Positions 1 through 14,180 of a stretch of DNA of 64,000 nt are shown piece after piece. Numbering within the stretch: the stretch's first letter is position 1; the number at the start of each line of letters is the position of its first letter. The position numbers were made by a program, and so were the translations under genes. The stretch comes from Eledone cirrhosa (lineage: Eukaryota), in NCBI GenBank assembly GCA_964016885.1, contig OZ024748.1:52204001-52268000 (forward strand), given 5' to 3'. Below the pieces are notes generated by a model. That model saw nothing but the letters and a program-made list of their open reading frames with translations. It was not told where the DNA came from and did no database searches.

Positions 1-67
1 TTATATATAAATATTATATATATATATTATATATATATAATATATATATATTATATATATATAATAT

Positions 68-101
<34 letters not shown>

Positions 102-110
102 ATATATATA

Positions 111-168
<58 letters not shown>

Positions 169-247
169 TATACATATATATATATATATACATATATATA
201 TATGTCTTATATATATATATTTCTAATATATATATATATATATATAA
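1..247. repeat. (AT)n-rich microsatellite
   Basis: Nearly pure AT dinucleotide run with AAT/AC interruptions; one of many such tracts in the window. Confidence 0.95.
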
Positions 248-718
248 TGGTAATAAAGACAACAATGACGACAATGACAAAGACTATGAAAATGATGATG
301 ATGATGATAATAATAAATGTAAATACTAGATAATGTACAGATAGATTGTTATGTAGATAAACAGATAGCATTTAATTATTATTTAACCATGTTTTAAATT
401 GCTTTATCCACAAACTACTCGTCAAAGCTTAGAAAATTAGGATCTTTCCGCAATATGCAAACAATATTTTACAAAAATATATTATATATTGTAATTAATT
501 TTCATGTTATTTTTCATTTACTTTTATATTTGTTCACATACCTGTACTTTATATATAGTAAATACATCATATAGATATATATACATACATACATATATGC
601 ATACATACATATATATATATATATATAATAACATACATGTATATAAATATATAGATACATATATAAATATATATATATAATAACATACATATATATAAAT
701 ATATAGATACATATATAC

Positions 719-765
<47 letters not shown>

Positions 766-1714
766 TATGTGAGAGTGTGTGTGTATTCATGTACGTCCAT
801 GAACAACTTGTGTATTGACATATGCATGTGTGTGTGTGTTTATATATATATATATATATATATATACTCACACACCTACAGATAGATATATATATATACA
901 GGCATAGAGTATTATAAATGGATAAAATATATAGATATATTCTATAAACATATAACATATAAATAGGTACACACACACATACACACACAAATTGAATTGG
1001 GTTTCAGGAATGTAATTCAATTTCATTTGTAAATATCCAAATTTATTATAAGTTTTAAATGTATATTTTCATTTTTGTTATTATTTCGACACATTTTTTG
1101 GCAGTGGCATTTTGAGACTGTATTTGAACTCTTCCTACCTTCATTCTATACATTTTTGTGTGATTAGAATTACTCTTGAAGTAAGCACTAGGCCAATTTA
1201 TGTACTGGTCATTGTATAGTCAAACCCCAGTAAATTACTGGTGTCAGCATGGACAATTAAGTTGTTAGGATAAAGATCAACCTAATATGTAATTTTCTCC
1301 TTTGATATTTCAACTCTCGTCTGTGAAATGGTTTGGTATATCTAACTGTAAATAAGTTATTGACAGGTTCCTTCATAATTCTACATAAGAAAGCCATTTT
1401 TTCAGTTTCTTACCAGCTTTTTAATGAATGAGATGGTTATTTTTCTAAATCCATACAATTTGTTCATTATTTTCAAAATTATTTAGAAATCCTAAGCTGT
1501 GTCTTTCGTTAGAAATATAGTAATGAAAGGGATAATGGCTTAGTCAGAAGAGAAAGGGCAGCCATTATGACTATTTTCAGAGCCTCAGATTCTGAGATGA
1601 GGAAGAAGACCTCGTTTGGAGACCTCATTTGAATGCTTGCAACATATTTGATTCTGGTAAAAGCACTAATGGATCAGATGGTGGTGTTAACAGGGCAAAG
1701 AATTAGGTCTACCA

Positions 1715-2205
1715 TTCAAGGTGCCACAACAAAAAGCTCCCAGCCCACACTGTAAAGGGGTCGTTTTGGTGCCATGGTAAAAAACACCCAGTACACACTC
1801 AAAAGAGGTTGTTTTGGTTCCATGATAAAAAGAACCCCGTACACACTGTAAAGAGGTTGTTTTGGTGCTATGACAAAAAGCACCCAGTTCACACTGTAAA
1901 GTGGTCGTTTTGGTGCCACAACAAAAAGCTCCCAGCCCACACTGTAAAGTGGTCATTTTGATGTCATGATAAAAAACATCCAGCCCACACTGTAAAGTGG
2001 TCGTTTTGGTGTCATGATAAAAAGCATCCAGTATACACTGTAAATATGGTTGGGATCAGGAAGGGCATCCAGCCATAGAAACCAAGCCAGGCTCAGATCT
2101 GTATGAGCAAGACTCTCATCTGATCTGACTTGTCTCACAATGGGACAACTCATCTAATCTATGCTAGCGTGAAGAAATGGAGGTTAAAGAAAGATGATGA
2201 TGATA
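1715..2205 (+). mobile_element. SINE/RTE-tail element with about 7 tandem ~48-bp internal units
   Basis: Repeated AAAAAGCACCCAGCCCACACTGTAAAGTGGTCGTTTTGGTG-like units, then GGAAGGGCATCCAGCC and a (GAT)n tail, as at 29140-29253, 37310-37494 and 52900-53092. Confidence 0.75.
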
Positions 2206-2439
2206 TTGATGATTATTCAAGAACCTAAATTTTATTTTTTTCCAATACGGTTCCACAGAGTTTTCCTCTAACAAATTTCACTCACAAGGCTTTGGCCCTC
2301 CTGTAGCTATAGAGTAGTGTATGGTATATGATTACCAAAGATGCAATACTGTATGATGATTAAACCTGAAATAACATAGTAACCTTAACCACAACAATAT
2401 TTGGAATAAGCAGTATCGGTAAAAAGGAGTTATAACTGG

Positions 2440-2562
2440 ATGAACTGAATCCATGTAGAATAAAGTATCTTGCTCAACGATACACTGCCTGGTTTGAGAA
2501 TTGAACTCACAACCTTACAATTACAAGCCCAATGCTTTCGTCACTAAAGCCATGCACCTTCA
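2440..2562 (-). mobile_element. tRNA-head SINE family B, 5' part
   Basis: Reverse complement GAAGGTGCATGGCTTTAGTG...GTGAGTTCAATTCTC...TTGAGCAAGATACTTTATT matches the copy at 28965. Confidence 0.75.
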
Positions 2563-2585
2563 CCATATATTTATATATATATATA

Positions 2586-3108
2586 GTGATAATAATAAAT
2601 TTGAAGACTAAAATTCAAAGAGGGCTCGATAAGGATAAATATATATCAAATAGGTTAACGTTTGATATAGGAGGAAGAGGGTCTTAATGTTTCGGACACT
2701 AGTCCTTCATCAGAAGAAAGAATGAGAAATTAGAAAGATTGAAGGGACGGGCGGGGTGGAATCGAAAAAAATGGTTTTAGAGAAGAGTGACATGGTTCGC
2801 TATACATATTCATATTGCTGACAATTGTTTCTTTGATCTGGTAGGTCTAGAGTTCGCTATCCGCCTGATTATGCGCCAATCGATCTCCAATACTTTGTTT
2901 ATAACCAGTCGTTTTCATCAGAGCACGCGAAATGAAGAAGATACACAAAGCATGGCTTTTATATAGGTGTGGTATTAAACCAGAACAATAATATCAATAA
3001 TAAAATAAAATAACTAGATAGCAAATAGTTAAAATAATAACATCAATATAAGTAAGAGATAGAGTATCATGAAGAATCTAGCATGTTAAACAAACTGATA
3101 TGATACAG
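2586..3108 (-). mobile_element. Penelope-like pLTR remnant between AT tracts
   Basis: Contains an HHR motif; 2640-2800 is homologous to 58520-58665, and its end TTTTAGTCTTCAAATTTATTATTAT recurs at 52419-52448. Upper boundary uncertain. Confidence 0.65.
2682..2717 (-). ncRNA. Minimal type I hammerhead ribozyme motif (stem III decayed)
   Basis: Minus strand: TCTT CTGATGA A GGAC-TAGT-GTCC GAAA CATT AAGA; stem I TCTT/AAGA. Confidence 0.75.
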
Positions 3109-3334
3109 ATGTATATATATGTGTGCGTGTGTATGTAGGTCCCACGAAACCTGAAATGACCAGGTTTAAATCTTGTTCTACCTACAAACACCTTAAAAAC
3201 CATTGGGGTTGTGGCAGGAATGAATCGGATTATATGTCTACGTATTCAGAGCTAAAAAAACTGATGATGTCAACGAGGAGCTGGCTGCAGTGTCAATGAA
3301 AATAGTAGCCATAGTGATGTCAGTGACAGTAATG

Positions 3335-4046
3335 GTATTGGAGAACTAATGATGTGATGACAGCAATGATGATGACAATAGCAATGGTGATCAGCATCAT
3401 CATCACCATCATCATTGTTAATGGTGATGGTGATAATGATGATGATCATGATGATGACAATAGCAACATTGACCGTCATCATCACCATCATTGATGATGA
3501 TGATGATGATGATGATGATAATGATGGTGGTGATGTCAGTGATAGTATTTAAGTGTTAATGATGTGATGACCATGATGATGGTGATGACAATAGCAATGG
3601 TGACCATCATCATCATCACCATCATCGATGATGGTGATGATGATGGTGATGAATGGTGATGATGATGATGTCAGATGATGTGATGATAATGATGATGATG
3701 ATGATAGTCAGTGATGATGATGATCATGATGACAAAGGCAATGATGAGAATAGCAACATTGACCATCACCATCATCATCATCACCATTGATGATGGTGAT
3801 AATGATACTGATGATGATGATGATGATGATGATGATAATGGTGATGATGTCAGTGATAGTATTTCAGTGTTAATGATGATGATGTTGATGACAAAGGCAA
3901 TGATGACAATCATCATTGTCATCACCACCACCATCATTGATGATGGTGATGGTGATGATGTCAGTGATAGTATTTAAGTGTTAATGATGATGATGATGAT
4001 GTCAGTGATAATATTTAAGTGTTAATGATGATGATGATGATGGTGG

Positions 4047-4116
<70 letters not shown>

Positions 4117-4135
4117 AATTATGATTATGATTACG
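3335..4135. repeat. (GAT/CAT)n compound repeat with higher-order duplicated blocks
   Basis: GATGTCAGTGATAGTATTTAAGTGTTAATGATG recurs several times; ends in a long (GAT)n. Confidence 0.9.
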
Positions 4136-4298
4136 AGTGTGTTGATTGTTAAAGTTCAGTAAAAGAATCCCATCTCTGCAGAAGATGAAGTAATAAATAA
4201 TAGAAACAATTAAACAAATAAAATGTAAATAATTGTATAAATAAATAGATAAATGTAAGCCTTAAAACTGAAAACACAGGAAAATAAAAAAGAAATGT

Positions 4299-4335
<37 letters not shown>

Positions 4336-4704
4336 CACACAGACACACACATATATATATACACACACACACATATATATATACACACACACACATATAT
4401 ATATACACACACACACAGACATATATATATACACACACATACACACAAACACACAGACATATATATATATACACACATACACATAAACACACACACACAT
4501 ATATATACACACATACACACACACATATATATATATATATACACACATACACAGACACCACATTAAGAGCGAAAACAAATTTGGTTGATATATAAAAATA
4601 TATATACATATATATACATATATATATATATATATTATGTATTTATATATACATATATATATATATATATAACTTTATATAACAATATATCTATCTATCT
4701 ATCT

Positions 4705-4768
<64 letters not shown>

Positions 4769-5027
4769 ATATATATATAATGTATATATGTATGTGTGTG
4801 TTAAAATAAATAAAATAAAGAAGACATGAAATAAAATTCTATCCCCACCCCTTCTCTCTCTCCTCCCTCCCCCCTCCCCCTAGCTCCCTTCTTTTGCTGT
4901 CCTCACTCCATGCAAATAACATTTACAAACGTGACAAAATGATATCAGAGTTATTAGACAGCTTAATTAATTCATTAGATTCACAGCAACAGTAGCAATA
5001 GCTACAACATCAATAATAATAATAATA

Positions 5028-5080
<53 letters not shown>

Positions 5081-5284
5081 GGTGGGTGTGGTGGTGGTGG
5101 TGGTACCGTTATCACCCCCCCCCCCCAACACTAGCATTACCACCACCGTCACTACCACCACCAACAACATCATCATCATCATCATAAATACCATTACTAT
5201 CACTATGTCCCCCCCCCCTCCCCCGCCCCACCCCACCCCACAATTTATATCCTGCTCATTATCATTCTCTCCATCCCAGTCATC

Positions 5285-5316
<32 letters not shown>

Positions 5317-5444
5317 CATCATCATCACCACCATCATCACCATCATCACCATCATCATCATGTCCATTATCAACAATATAATCACTTATTTTTGTTGTTG
5401 TTTTATAACATACACATACACATACATATATATGCATTGACATG

Positions 5445-5546
<102 letters not shown>

Positions 5547-5899
5547 CATACAACTACACATATATAATTCTAAACACATACACACATACAGACATACCTA
5601 CAGACAGACTGATACATAAATATATGCATACACATATGCTTATATACACACATGCATACATACACACATGCATACATACACACATGCATACACACACATA
5701 TAATACATAAATAAACATATAACTATGTAACTACTTACACATTTATGCACATATATACACACAAACACACACACATACATACATATACACATATAAACAC
5801 ATACATATACACATATAAACACACACACACATAATACATACATACATAATACTCATATACCTACAAACATACATATATATACACACAAGCACTCACATA

Positions 5900-6285
5900 C
5901 ATAGATACATATACACAAATATATATATATATAATTAAATACACACATACATACACACAAATATATATATATATATATATATATAATTATATACACACAT
6001 ACATACACATACATACACACAAATATATATATATATAATTATATACACCCATACATACACACAAATATATATATAATATATATATAATTATATACACACA
6101 TACATACACACACACATATATGTATATATACACACACACACATACATGTACATATATATAATTATATACACACATACATACACATTTATATATATACACA
6201 CACACACATAAATGTACATATATATAATTATATACACACATACATACACACACATATATATATATAATTATATACACACATACAT

Positions 6286-6332
<47 letters not shown>

Positions 6333-6883
6333 CACACACACACATGTACATATATATAATTATATACACACATACATACACACACATATATATATATATA
6401 TATAATTATATACACACATACATACACACACACACATATATATATATACACACACACACACATACATGTACATATATATAATTATATACACACATACATA
6501 CACACAAATATATATATATATAATTATATACACACATACATACACACACACACATATATATATATATACACACACACACACATACATGTACATATATATA
6601 ATTATATACACACATACATACACACAAATATATATATATATATAATTAAATACACACATACACACACATATATATATATATACACACACACACACATACA
6701 TGTACATATATATAATTATATACACACATACATACACACAAATATATATATACATATAATTAAATACACACATACATACACATTTATATATATACACACA
6801 CACACATAAATGTACATATATATAATTATATACACACATACATACACACACATATATATATATAATTATATACACACATACAT

Positions 6884-6930
<47 letters not shown>

Positions 6931-7158
6931 CACACACACACATGTACATATATATAATTATATACACACATACATACACACAAATATATATATATATATA
7001 ATTAAATACACACATACATACACACACACACATATATATATATACACACACACACACATACATGTACATATATATAATTATATACACACATACATACACA
7101 CACATATATATATATATAATTATATACACACATACATACACACACACACACATATATG

Positions 7159-7226
<68 letters not shown>

Positions 7227-7250
7227 TATACATATATATACACGTATACA
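5900..7250. repeat. AC/AT compound minisatellite with a ~600-bp duplicated block
   Basis: Units ATAATTATATACACACATACATACAC; a marker CATTTATATATATACAC...ATAAATGTAC at 6183 and 6781. Confidence 0.85.
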
Positions 7251-7719
7251 TACATATACCTGATTGTCAGCTATTAGGCATAACATGAATAAAATCTTTT
7301 TGTCTCAACTGATTATGCTCTCAAACTCTGCCAAGTTAAGCTACACCACCACCACTTCTGCCATCTCCAAGACCCCGTTCCACTCAGCGCTTAATGCTTC
7401 ACACACCAATGTGTTAGCTAGATTTGCTAATTAACAGGAAACATTAACTATTTATGTCGTTTAGCAGTCACTAGCAAAATTATTTTTCCTCATATCAGGT
7501 TCAAATCTGATCTGACTATTTACAACAGTGAGGGTGCCATTAAACCTAAAACAATCTGATATTGGCTGTACATTGTAGAAAGTTGGTAGTAGGCAGTGGA
7601 GGAGGTGGGGGGGGGGGGTAATGCAGGAGGTGGGCGAAGGCAGGGTGAGGGGGAAGGCAGGGTGAGGGGGGGTGAGGGGGGGGGGGGGGGATGCAGGGGG
7701 GGATAAGGCATATTGGGGG

Positions 7720-8782
7720 GGGGTATAAGGCAGGGAGGGGGAAATTGGGTAGGGTGTGGGGGAGAGGCAGGGAGAGGTGTATAAGGCAGGAAGAGGGAAT
7801 TAGGTAGGGTGAGGGAAGAAGGCAGGTGAGGGGGAGAAGGCAGAGAGAGGTGTATAAAGGCAGGGAGGGGGGAATTAGGCAGGGTGGGGGGAGAGTGTAT
7901 AAGGCAGGGAGGGGGGAATTAGGCAGGGTGGGGGGAGAGGTGTATAAGGCAGGGAGGGGGGAATTAGGTAGGGTGAGGGGGAGAATGCAGGGAGAGGTGT
8001 ATAAGGCAGGGAGGGGGGAATTAGGTAGGGTGAGAGGGAAAAGGCTGGGAGAGGTGTATAAGGCAGGGAGGGGGGAATTAGGTAGGGTGAGGGGGAGAAG
8101 GCATCGAGGGGGGGATTAGGTAGGGTGTGGGGGAGAAGGCCGGGAGAGGTGTATAAGGCAGGGAGAGGGGATTAGGTAGGGTGAGGGGGAGAAGGCAGGG
8201 AGAGGTGTATAAGGCAGGGAGGGGGGATTAGGTAGGGTGAGGGGGAGAAGGCAGGGAGAGGTGTATAAGGCAGGGAGGGAGGATTAGGTAAGGTGAGGGG
8301 GAGAAGGCAGGGAGAGGTGTATAAGGCAGGGAGGGAGGATTAGGTAAGGTGAGGGGGGAGAAGGCAGGGAGAGGTGTATAAGGCAGGGAGAGGGGATTAG
8401 GTAGGGTGAGGGGGAGAAGGCAGGGAGAGGTGTATAAGGCAGGGAGGGAGGATTAGGTAAGGTGAGGGGGAGAAGGCAGGGAGAGGTGTATAAGGCAGGG
8501 AGGGGGGATTAGGTAGGGTGAGGAGGAGAAGGCAGGGAGAGGTGTATAAGGTAGGGAGGGGGGATTAGGCAGGGTGAGGGGGAGAAGGCAGGGAGAGGTG
8601 TATAAGGTAGGGAGGGGGGATTAGGCAGGGTGAGGGGGAGAAGGCAGGGAGAGGTGTATAAGGCAGGGAGGGGGATTAGGTAGGGTGAGGGGGAGAAGGC
8701 AGGGAGAGGTGTATAAGGCAGGGAGGGGGATTAGGTAGGGTGAGGGGGAGAAGGCAGGGAGAGGTGTATAAGGCAGGGAGGG
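7720..8782 (+). repeat. G-rich 56-bp minisatellite, about 18 copies
   Basis: Unit GGTGTATAAGGCAGGGAGGGGGGATTAGGTAGGGTGAGGGGGAGAAGGCAGGGAGA; unit starts at 8204 and 8260 give a 56-bp period. Confidence 0.95.
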
Positions 8783-8852
8783 GTAAGGGGTAAAAATGTA
8801 TTCAATCTTCCACATGATTTCTATAGGGGAGAGAAAAAAACTGGACATTTAA

Positions 8853-9039
8853 AATAATAATTGTTTCTAGTTTTAGCACAAGGCCAGCAATTATCCCAGT
8901 ACATTACTGGTACTATATTTTATCAACCCAGCGAGGATGAAAATCAAAGTTAACCTTGGTGGGATTTGAACTCAGAACGTGAAGGGTCATAACTCTATGC
9001 TGCAAAGCATGGCGTCTGATGCTCTGCCGATACTGCCAA
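8853..9039 (-). mobile_element. SINE family A
   Basis: Reverse complement of TGGCAGTATCGG...GAGTTCAAATCCC...AAGTACCAGT...GGCCTTGTGC...AGAAACAATTATT. Confidence 0.85.
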
Positions 9040-9044
9040 ATGTT

Positions 9045-9081
9045 TATGAGGATGATGTTGATGATGGTGTGATGATGATGG

Positions 9082-9112
<31 letters not shown>

Positions 9113-9497
9113 GATAGTGGTGGTGGTGATGATTAGAAATGATGAAAATTGGGATGATGATGATGATGGTAATTATAGTGGTGAGTGATGACAATAATAA
9201 TTAATGATGAAAATTGGTGGAGATGATGATGATGATGATGATGATGGTGATGATGATGGTGGTGATGATGATGAGGTGATGGTGATGATGGTGATGAGGT
9301 TATGATGATGATGGTGATGATGATGATGATGATGATGGTGGTGATGGTGATGATGGTGATAATGAAAATTACAATGATAGTAATAATAATTAGAGTTGCT
9401 GATGACAATGATGATGATAAAGATGGCGGTGATGGTGGTGATGGTGGTGGTAGTGGTGGTGAGAATGATGATGTTGATGATGATGATGGTAGAAGTG

Positions 9498-9532
<35 letters not shown>

Positions 9533-9608
9533 ATTATTAATGATAATGATGGTGGTGAGGATAAAGATTTGATGATGATGATGATGATGATGAAAAAGGT
9601 GATTATAT

Positions 9609-9639
<31 letters not shown>

Positions 9640-9680
9640 CATCATCATCATCATCATCATCATCACAATGATGATAACAA
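9045..9680. repeat. (GAT/GGT)n compound microsatellite
   Basis: Direct inspection. Confidence 0.9.
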
Positions 9681-10117
9681 TATTAAAGTTGTTAATGTTT
9701 CTGTTGTTGAAGTTATTGTAGTTTAGCCACCTGATTGAGCAGATCTCTATATGATCAATAGCATTCCAGCCATGACCATCCCATTTTCTATTCAATGATG
9801 ATGATGATGATGGTGGTGAATATATCTAGGACTTTGTTATCCAATGTGTCCTTCCTTTTCCAAGACAGTAGTGTATCATTTAAGAGAGATTTAGCTTCTG
9901 TATCTAGCATGTTCAACAATATCATCAAAGATCTCTCATTGAAAGATCCTTGATGATGATGATAATTATGATGATGATGATGATGGTGATCATCAGGGCT
10001 AGATAACACAGATCAGTAAAGAGCGTAAAAGGGATTCCAATTAAACGGTTAATTCATTTGGAATCAGACCCTTCATACATCATCATTAGGGAGTGAATCG
10101 AATCAGCTCCACCAAAC

Positions 10118-10447
10118 AACTACCACCACCACCACCATCACCACCACACAACCACAACCACCACCACTACCATTCCCCAACAGCACCACCACCACCGCCA
10201 CCATCACCACCACCACCACCACCACCACCACCACCACCACCAATACCATCTCCAAACAGCACTACCACTACCACCACCACCACCACCACCACCACTACCA
10301 CCACCACCACCACCACCACCACCACCACCACTACCACACCATCACCACCACCACCACCACCACCACCACCACCACCACCACTACCACCACCACCACCACC
10401 ACTACCACCACCACCACCACCACCACCACCACCACACCATCACCACA
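10118..10447. repeat. (CCA)n microsatellite
   Basis: Direct inspection. Confidence 0.95.
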
Positions 10448-11240
10448 GGTTGATGAATGTCAGATAAAATGTTTTGTGATATTTCTTCTTGACTCTGCAT
10501 TCTGAGTCCCACCCAATCCACCCATAGTCAACTTTGCCTTTCATCCTTTCGATAAAAAGTACCAGTTTCGTACTGGTGTCAATTCTTCCTCTATATCTCT
10601 TTCCTTCTCTGGAAGTAATCTACTATACTTATGCCCGGAGAGAGGATCTGCTCTGCCACGTTTAAAAATACCCTAAGAAACACTATGTTAATATGGCGTC
10701 CATACGACTGTCAGGAGTTACAGGTCCTTATCATATATAAAGAAACAGACAGAGACCTCTATTGGCACAAACACTTTCTACTGTGTCTATATACAAAGGA
10801 AATGACAAAAGATAACATTTGGATGGGGGCCAAAGCCCCAAATATACATGCAAACATACATATATACATATGTGCATGCACACACACACTTATACGTGCT
10901 TATACATACACACGCGCAAACATACATAAATGAACAGACATTATATATATATATATTAGACCAACCATGATATAAATTCTTTGATTATAAGAAATAGTTT
11001 GGGGTAGTTGGGGGTGTGTTAGTTGTTGAACAGTGTGGTGATAGTAGTGTGATGGTGGTGTGATGATGGTGTGGTGATGTTGTTATGATGGTGGTGATGA
11101 TATTATTTTGGTGGTAGTGGTGTTGATGATTGTGGTATTAGTACTGGTTTGGTTAGTGCTGGTGTTGGTGGTGAGGGTAGCAGTAATGTTGTCGGTAATG
11201 GCAAAGAGATGCCAGTGATAGTGTCCATAGTGATGTATTG

Positions 11241-11347
11241 TGAAGGCAAGTGGCTTAGTGGTTATGGTGATCAACTCACAAACATAAGTCCATGAGTTCA
11301 AAACACAGCAGAGTGTGTGTGATTCTGAGCAAACCACTTTATTTCAT
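11241..11347 (+). mobile_element. tRNA-head SINE, 5' half
   Basis: GAAGGCAAGTGGCTTAGTGG (A-box-like), GAGTTCAAAA (B-box-like), GAGCAAACCACTTTATTTCAT. Confidence 0.7.
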
Positions 11348-11415
11348 TAATGACTGATAAATTTCAGAAGGCTAGTACAATGCGATATAAATATGTAAAG
11401 GGTAAACTTACTTAC

Positions 11416-11714
11416 TTCAAAGTTCCAGCATCTTGAGACGCATGAGGCAGCCAAAATACTGCAATGATCAATACCAACTTTTGCTGACATGTTTCAGGTC
11501 TTTGTCGATTGTTCACCATCAGTTCATCTTCTTGGAACTTCATCATCACCTCTTTCTTTAGAGGTATCAGTATAACACCTGATTAGCACGTCTCCCACTT
11601 GGAAATCATTTGACATGTACCAACCAGTCAAGTCGATGTTTGCATATGATGTAAGTTACACTTTGTTGGTGGTTTCGTTGACAGAGTTCTTTGTTGGTGA
11701 CAAAGTGATCTGAC
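11416..11714 (-). other. Exon-like segment, possibly 5'UTR plus start codon; unproven
   Basis: Minus strand has a pyrimidine tract ending GGCATCAG| and a |GTAAGT donor. All three frames contain stops. The ATG at 11546 reads MMKFQEDELMVNNRQRPETCQQKLVLIIAVFWLPHASQDAGTL up to the donor; no homology recognised. Confidence 0.3.
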
Positions 11715-11896
11715 CTGATGCCAAGGGGAAAGATATAAAACAAAGCAAAGTAATGCTTTTTTTTTACCTAACACAATATTTCAGGGCTAAAACCCCCTTT
11801 TCAAATGTAAAAAAAGAAACAGTCCAAAGTAAAATGAACGATTGATGTCAGTTATTACATATCTCACAATATTTCATATTAACAATACTATTTTAT

Positions 11897-12100
11897 ACTT
11901 TATTTCATGTTACTTTAGTCCACTAAGTTGTACCAGTAATTAAAAGGGCTCCTATGTCCCACACTGTGTAATGCTGAATCTCCTTAAGAATAGTGTTATA
12001 GATGCATGTCTGTGGAATGCTCAGACACTTACACAATAATTTCATGAGCAGGCTGGTTCAAACAACTGGATCACTCATGATCAGAACTGTTGGTAGAATA
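11897..12100 (+). mobile_element. tRNA-head SINE, 3' half
   Basis: ACTTTATTTCATGTT...TGCTGAATCTCC...TCTGTGGAATGCTCAG; homologous to the reverse complement of 58770-58940. Confidence 0.65.
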
Positions 12101-12769
12101 ACACACACACACTCACACACATACATACATACACATACACTCACACACACACATACATGCATACACACACACTTACACACACATGATGAGATCTAAGTGA
12201 GACTGTGGTGGTGGTGGTGACTGTAGTGATGGAGATGGTGGTGGTCTTAATAGTGTTGTTTGTGGTGGGAGTGGTGTTGGTAAGTTTATAGTAGTAGTGG
12301 TGGTGGTAGTGTAGTGGTGGTGGAGGTGGTAGTGTTAGTCTTAATTGTGTTATGGTGGTGGTAGCAGTGTTGGTGATATCGATACTGGTGATGGTAGTAG
12401 TGTTGGTGATGAAGGTGGTGTTGGTGATGTTTATAGTGGTAGTGGTTGTGCTGGTAGTGTTGGTGGTTAAGGTAGTGGTGGTTAAGGTAGTTGTGGTGTT
12501 GGCAAAGATGGTGGTGGTGTTGGTGGTAGTAGTAGTAGTAGTTTTGGTGGTGGGGTTTGTGTCAGAGGTGAGATGAAAACCTGAAAGATCTCTTACAACA
12601 TTACAATTAGTGTACATGGGTTGAGATTTGTAAGATTTTGAAATCTTGATACTGGTTTTCGTGAAGGTTCCGATGTTGGAAGGGACAGGTTATGGAGGAA
12701 AAGGTAGAGATATGGGCTGTTTAGTTTTAGTTTGAGGCTTAATAGGTTTTGGCTGAGTTTAAGCTTGGG

Positions 12770-13152
12770 GGCCTTAGGTTGGGTTAGGGTTAGGAGTTAG
12801 GTTTGAGTGTAGGTGAGAGTTTTGGTTAGGATTGATGTTAGGGTTAGTGTTAGGATTAGGGTTAGAGTTCAGGTTTAGGTTAGGGTTAGAATTTGGGTTC
12901 GGGTTAGGGTTAGGATTTGGGTTAGGGTGAGGATTTGGGTTTGGGTTAGGGTTAGGATTTGGGTTAGGGTGAGGATTTGGGTTTGGGTTAGGGTTAGGAT
13001 TTGGGTTAGGGTGAGGATTTCGGTTTGGGTTAGGGTTTGGGTAGGGTTAGGGCTTGGGTTTGATAAGGGGTTCGGGCTTGGGTTTGAATTAGGGTTAGGT
13101 TTAGGGCTTGGGTTAGGGTTTCAGTTAGGGTTAGGTTTAGGGTTAAGGTTTG
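12770..13152 (+). repeat. Degenerate telomere-like (TTAGGG/TTTGGG/TTAGGA) hexamer tract
   Basis: Many GGGTTAGGGTTAGG runs mixed with variant hexamers. Confidence 0.85.
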
Positions 13153-13503
13153 CGTTTGTATGTGGCATTACAATAGCATAGATTGATGTCAGTAAGTCAC
13201 TGAATTACATTTATAATTGAAAAGAATAGATAGATAGATATAAGTAATAAATAAATATATAAAATAAATAAAATATATATCCAAGAAAAGAAAAGTGAAA
13301 ATAAGAAAGATGAAGAAATAAAATATGCAGAAAGCTAAAGAAAATACTAGGCTAGAGAGAGAAAGGAAATGTAGAAATAAAATGGAAAAAATAAATAGAG
13401 AATCTTCCTTCTTGAGAATAATTAGTAGATTCTGACTTACTGACTTGTCATCTGATAGTGATTGGTGGTGGGCATGCTGGGGTTGTGTGTATATGAGTAT
13501 CTT

Positions 13504-13537
<34 letters not shown>

Positions 13538-13754
13538 GTGGAAATGAAGATATACATGTATATGTGAGTGTATTTAGGGATATGATGTAGTTGTATGCTT
13601 GTGATGGTATGTATATATATATATTTAATATATATATGCATATATATATGTGTATATATACTTCAGACACACAGAAATATATACATATATATATTTAATA
13701 TATATATGCATATATATATGTATGTATATATACTACAGACACACAGAGATATAA

Positions 13755-13789
<35 letters not shown>

Positions 13790-13792
<3 letters not shown>

Positions 13793-13994
13793 GTTGTTAA
13801 ACAATATTCAATGATTATGTCAAAGAATGAGTTTTACAGTAGATTGGAAGCACTCAACGGCAAACAAATATTTTTCAGGAGTTATTAATATTAAAATATA
13901 AGTATTAATATAATAGATGTTCTTTTGATCAATTACATTTTATTATACATATTTCGCATGTACAACAGTACGTCCTCATCAGACAAAATATAAT
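13790..13994 (-). mobile_element. Penelope-like pLTR remnant
   Basis: HHR motif followed by ~145 nt that end in (AT)n; shares GAAATATGTATAAT, TTGAGTGCTT and AAAAATATTTG with 52186-52300. Confidence 0.65.
13937..13989 (-). ncRNA. Type I hammerhead ribozyme motif
   Basis: Minus strand: ATTTTGT CTGATGA GGACGTAC-TGTT-GTACATGC GAAA TATGT ATA ATAAAAT; 7-bp stem I, imperfect stem II, AUA triplet. Confidence 0.7.
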
Positions 13995-14180
13995 TGTTTC
14001 TACTTTAGGCACAAGGCCAGCAATTACCCAGTGCATTACTGGTACTTTATTTTATCGACCCCGTAAGGATGAAAGGCAAAGTCAACCTCGACGGGATTTG
14101 AACTCAGATCGTAAAGGGACGTAACTATGCTGGAAAGCATGGCGTCCGACCCTCTACTGATACTGCCAATCCACCGCCCT
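13995..14180 (-). mobile_element. SINE family A with 14-bp target-site duplication
   Basis: Full-length copy flanked by AGACAAAATATAAT at 13981-13994 and 14182-14195. Confidence 0.9.

Noticed and set aside
2890-2926. Possible second hammerhead on the minus strand (GTGCT CTGATGA AAAC..GTTA TAAA CAA AGTAT) downstream of TATATAAAAG
   Set aside because: GAAA and the NUH triplet are missing; at best a decayed motif.
12927-13181. WVRVRI/GLGL ORF
   Set aside because: Translation of the telomere-like hexamer tract.
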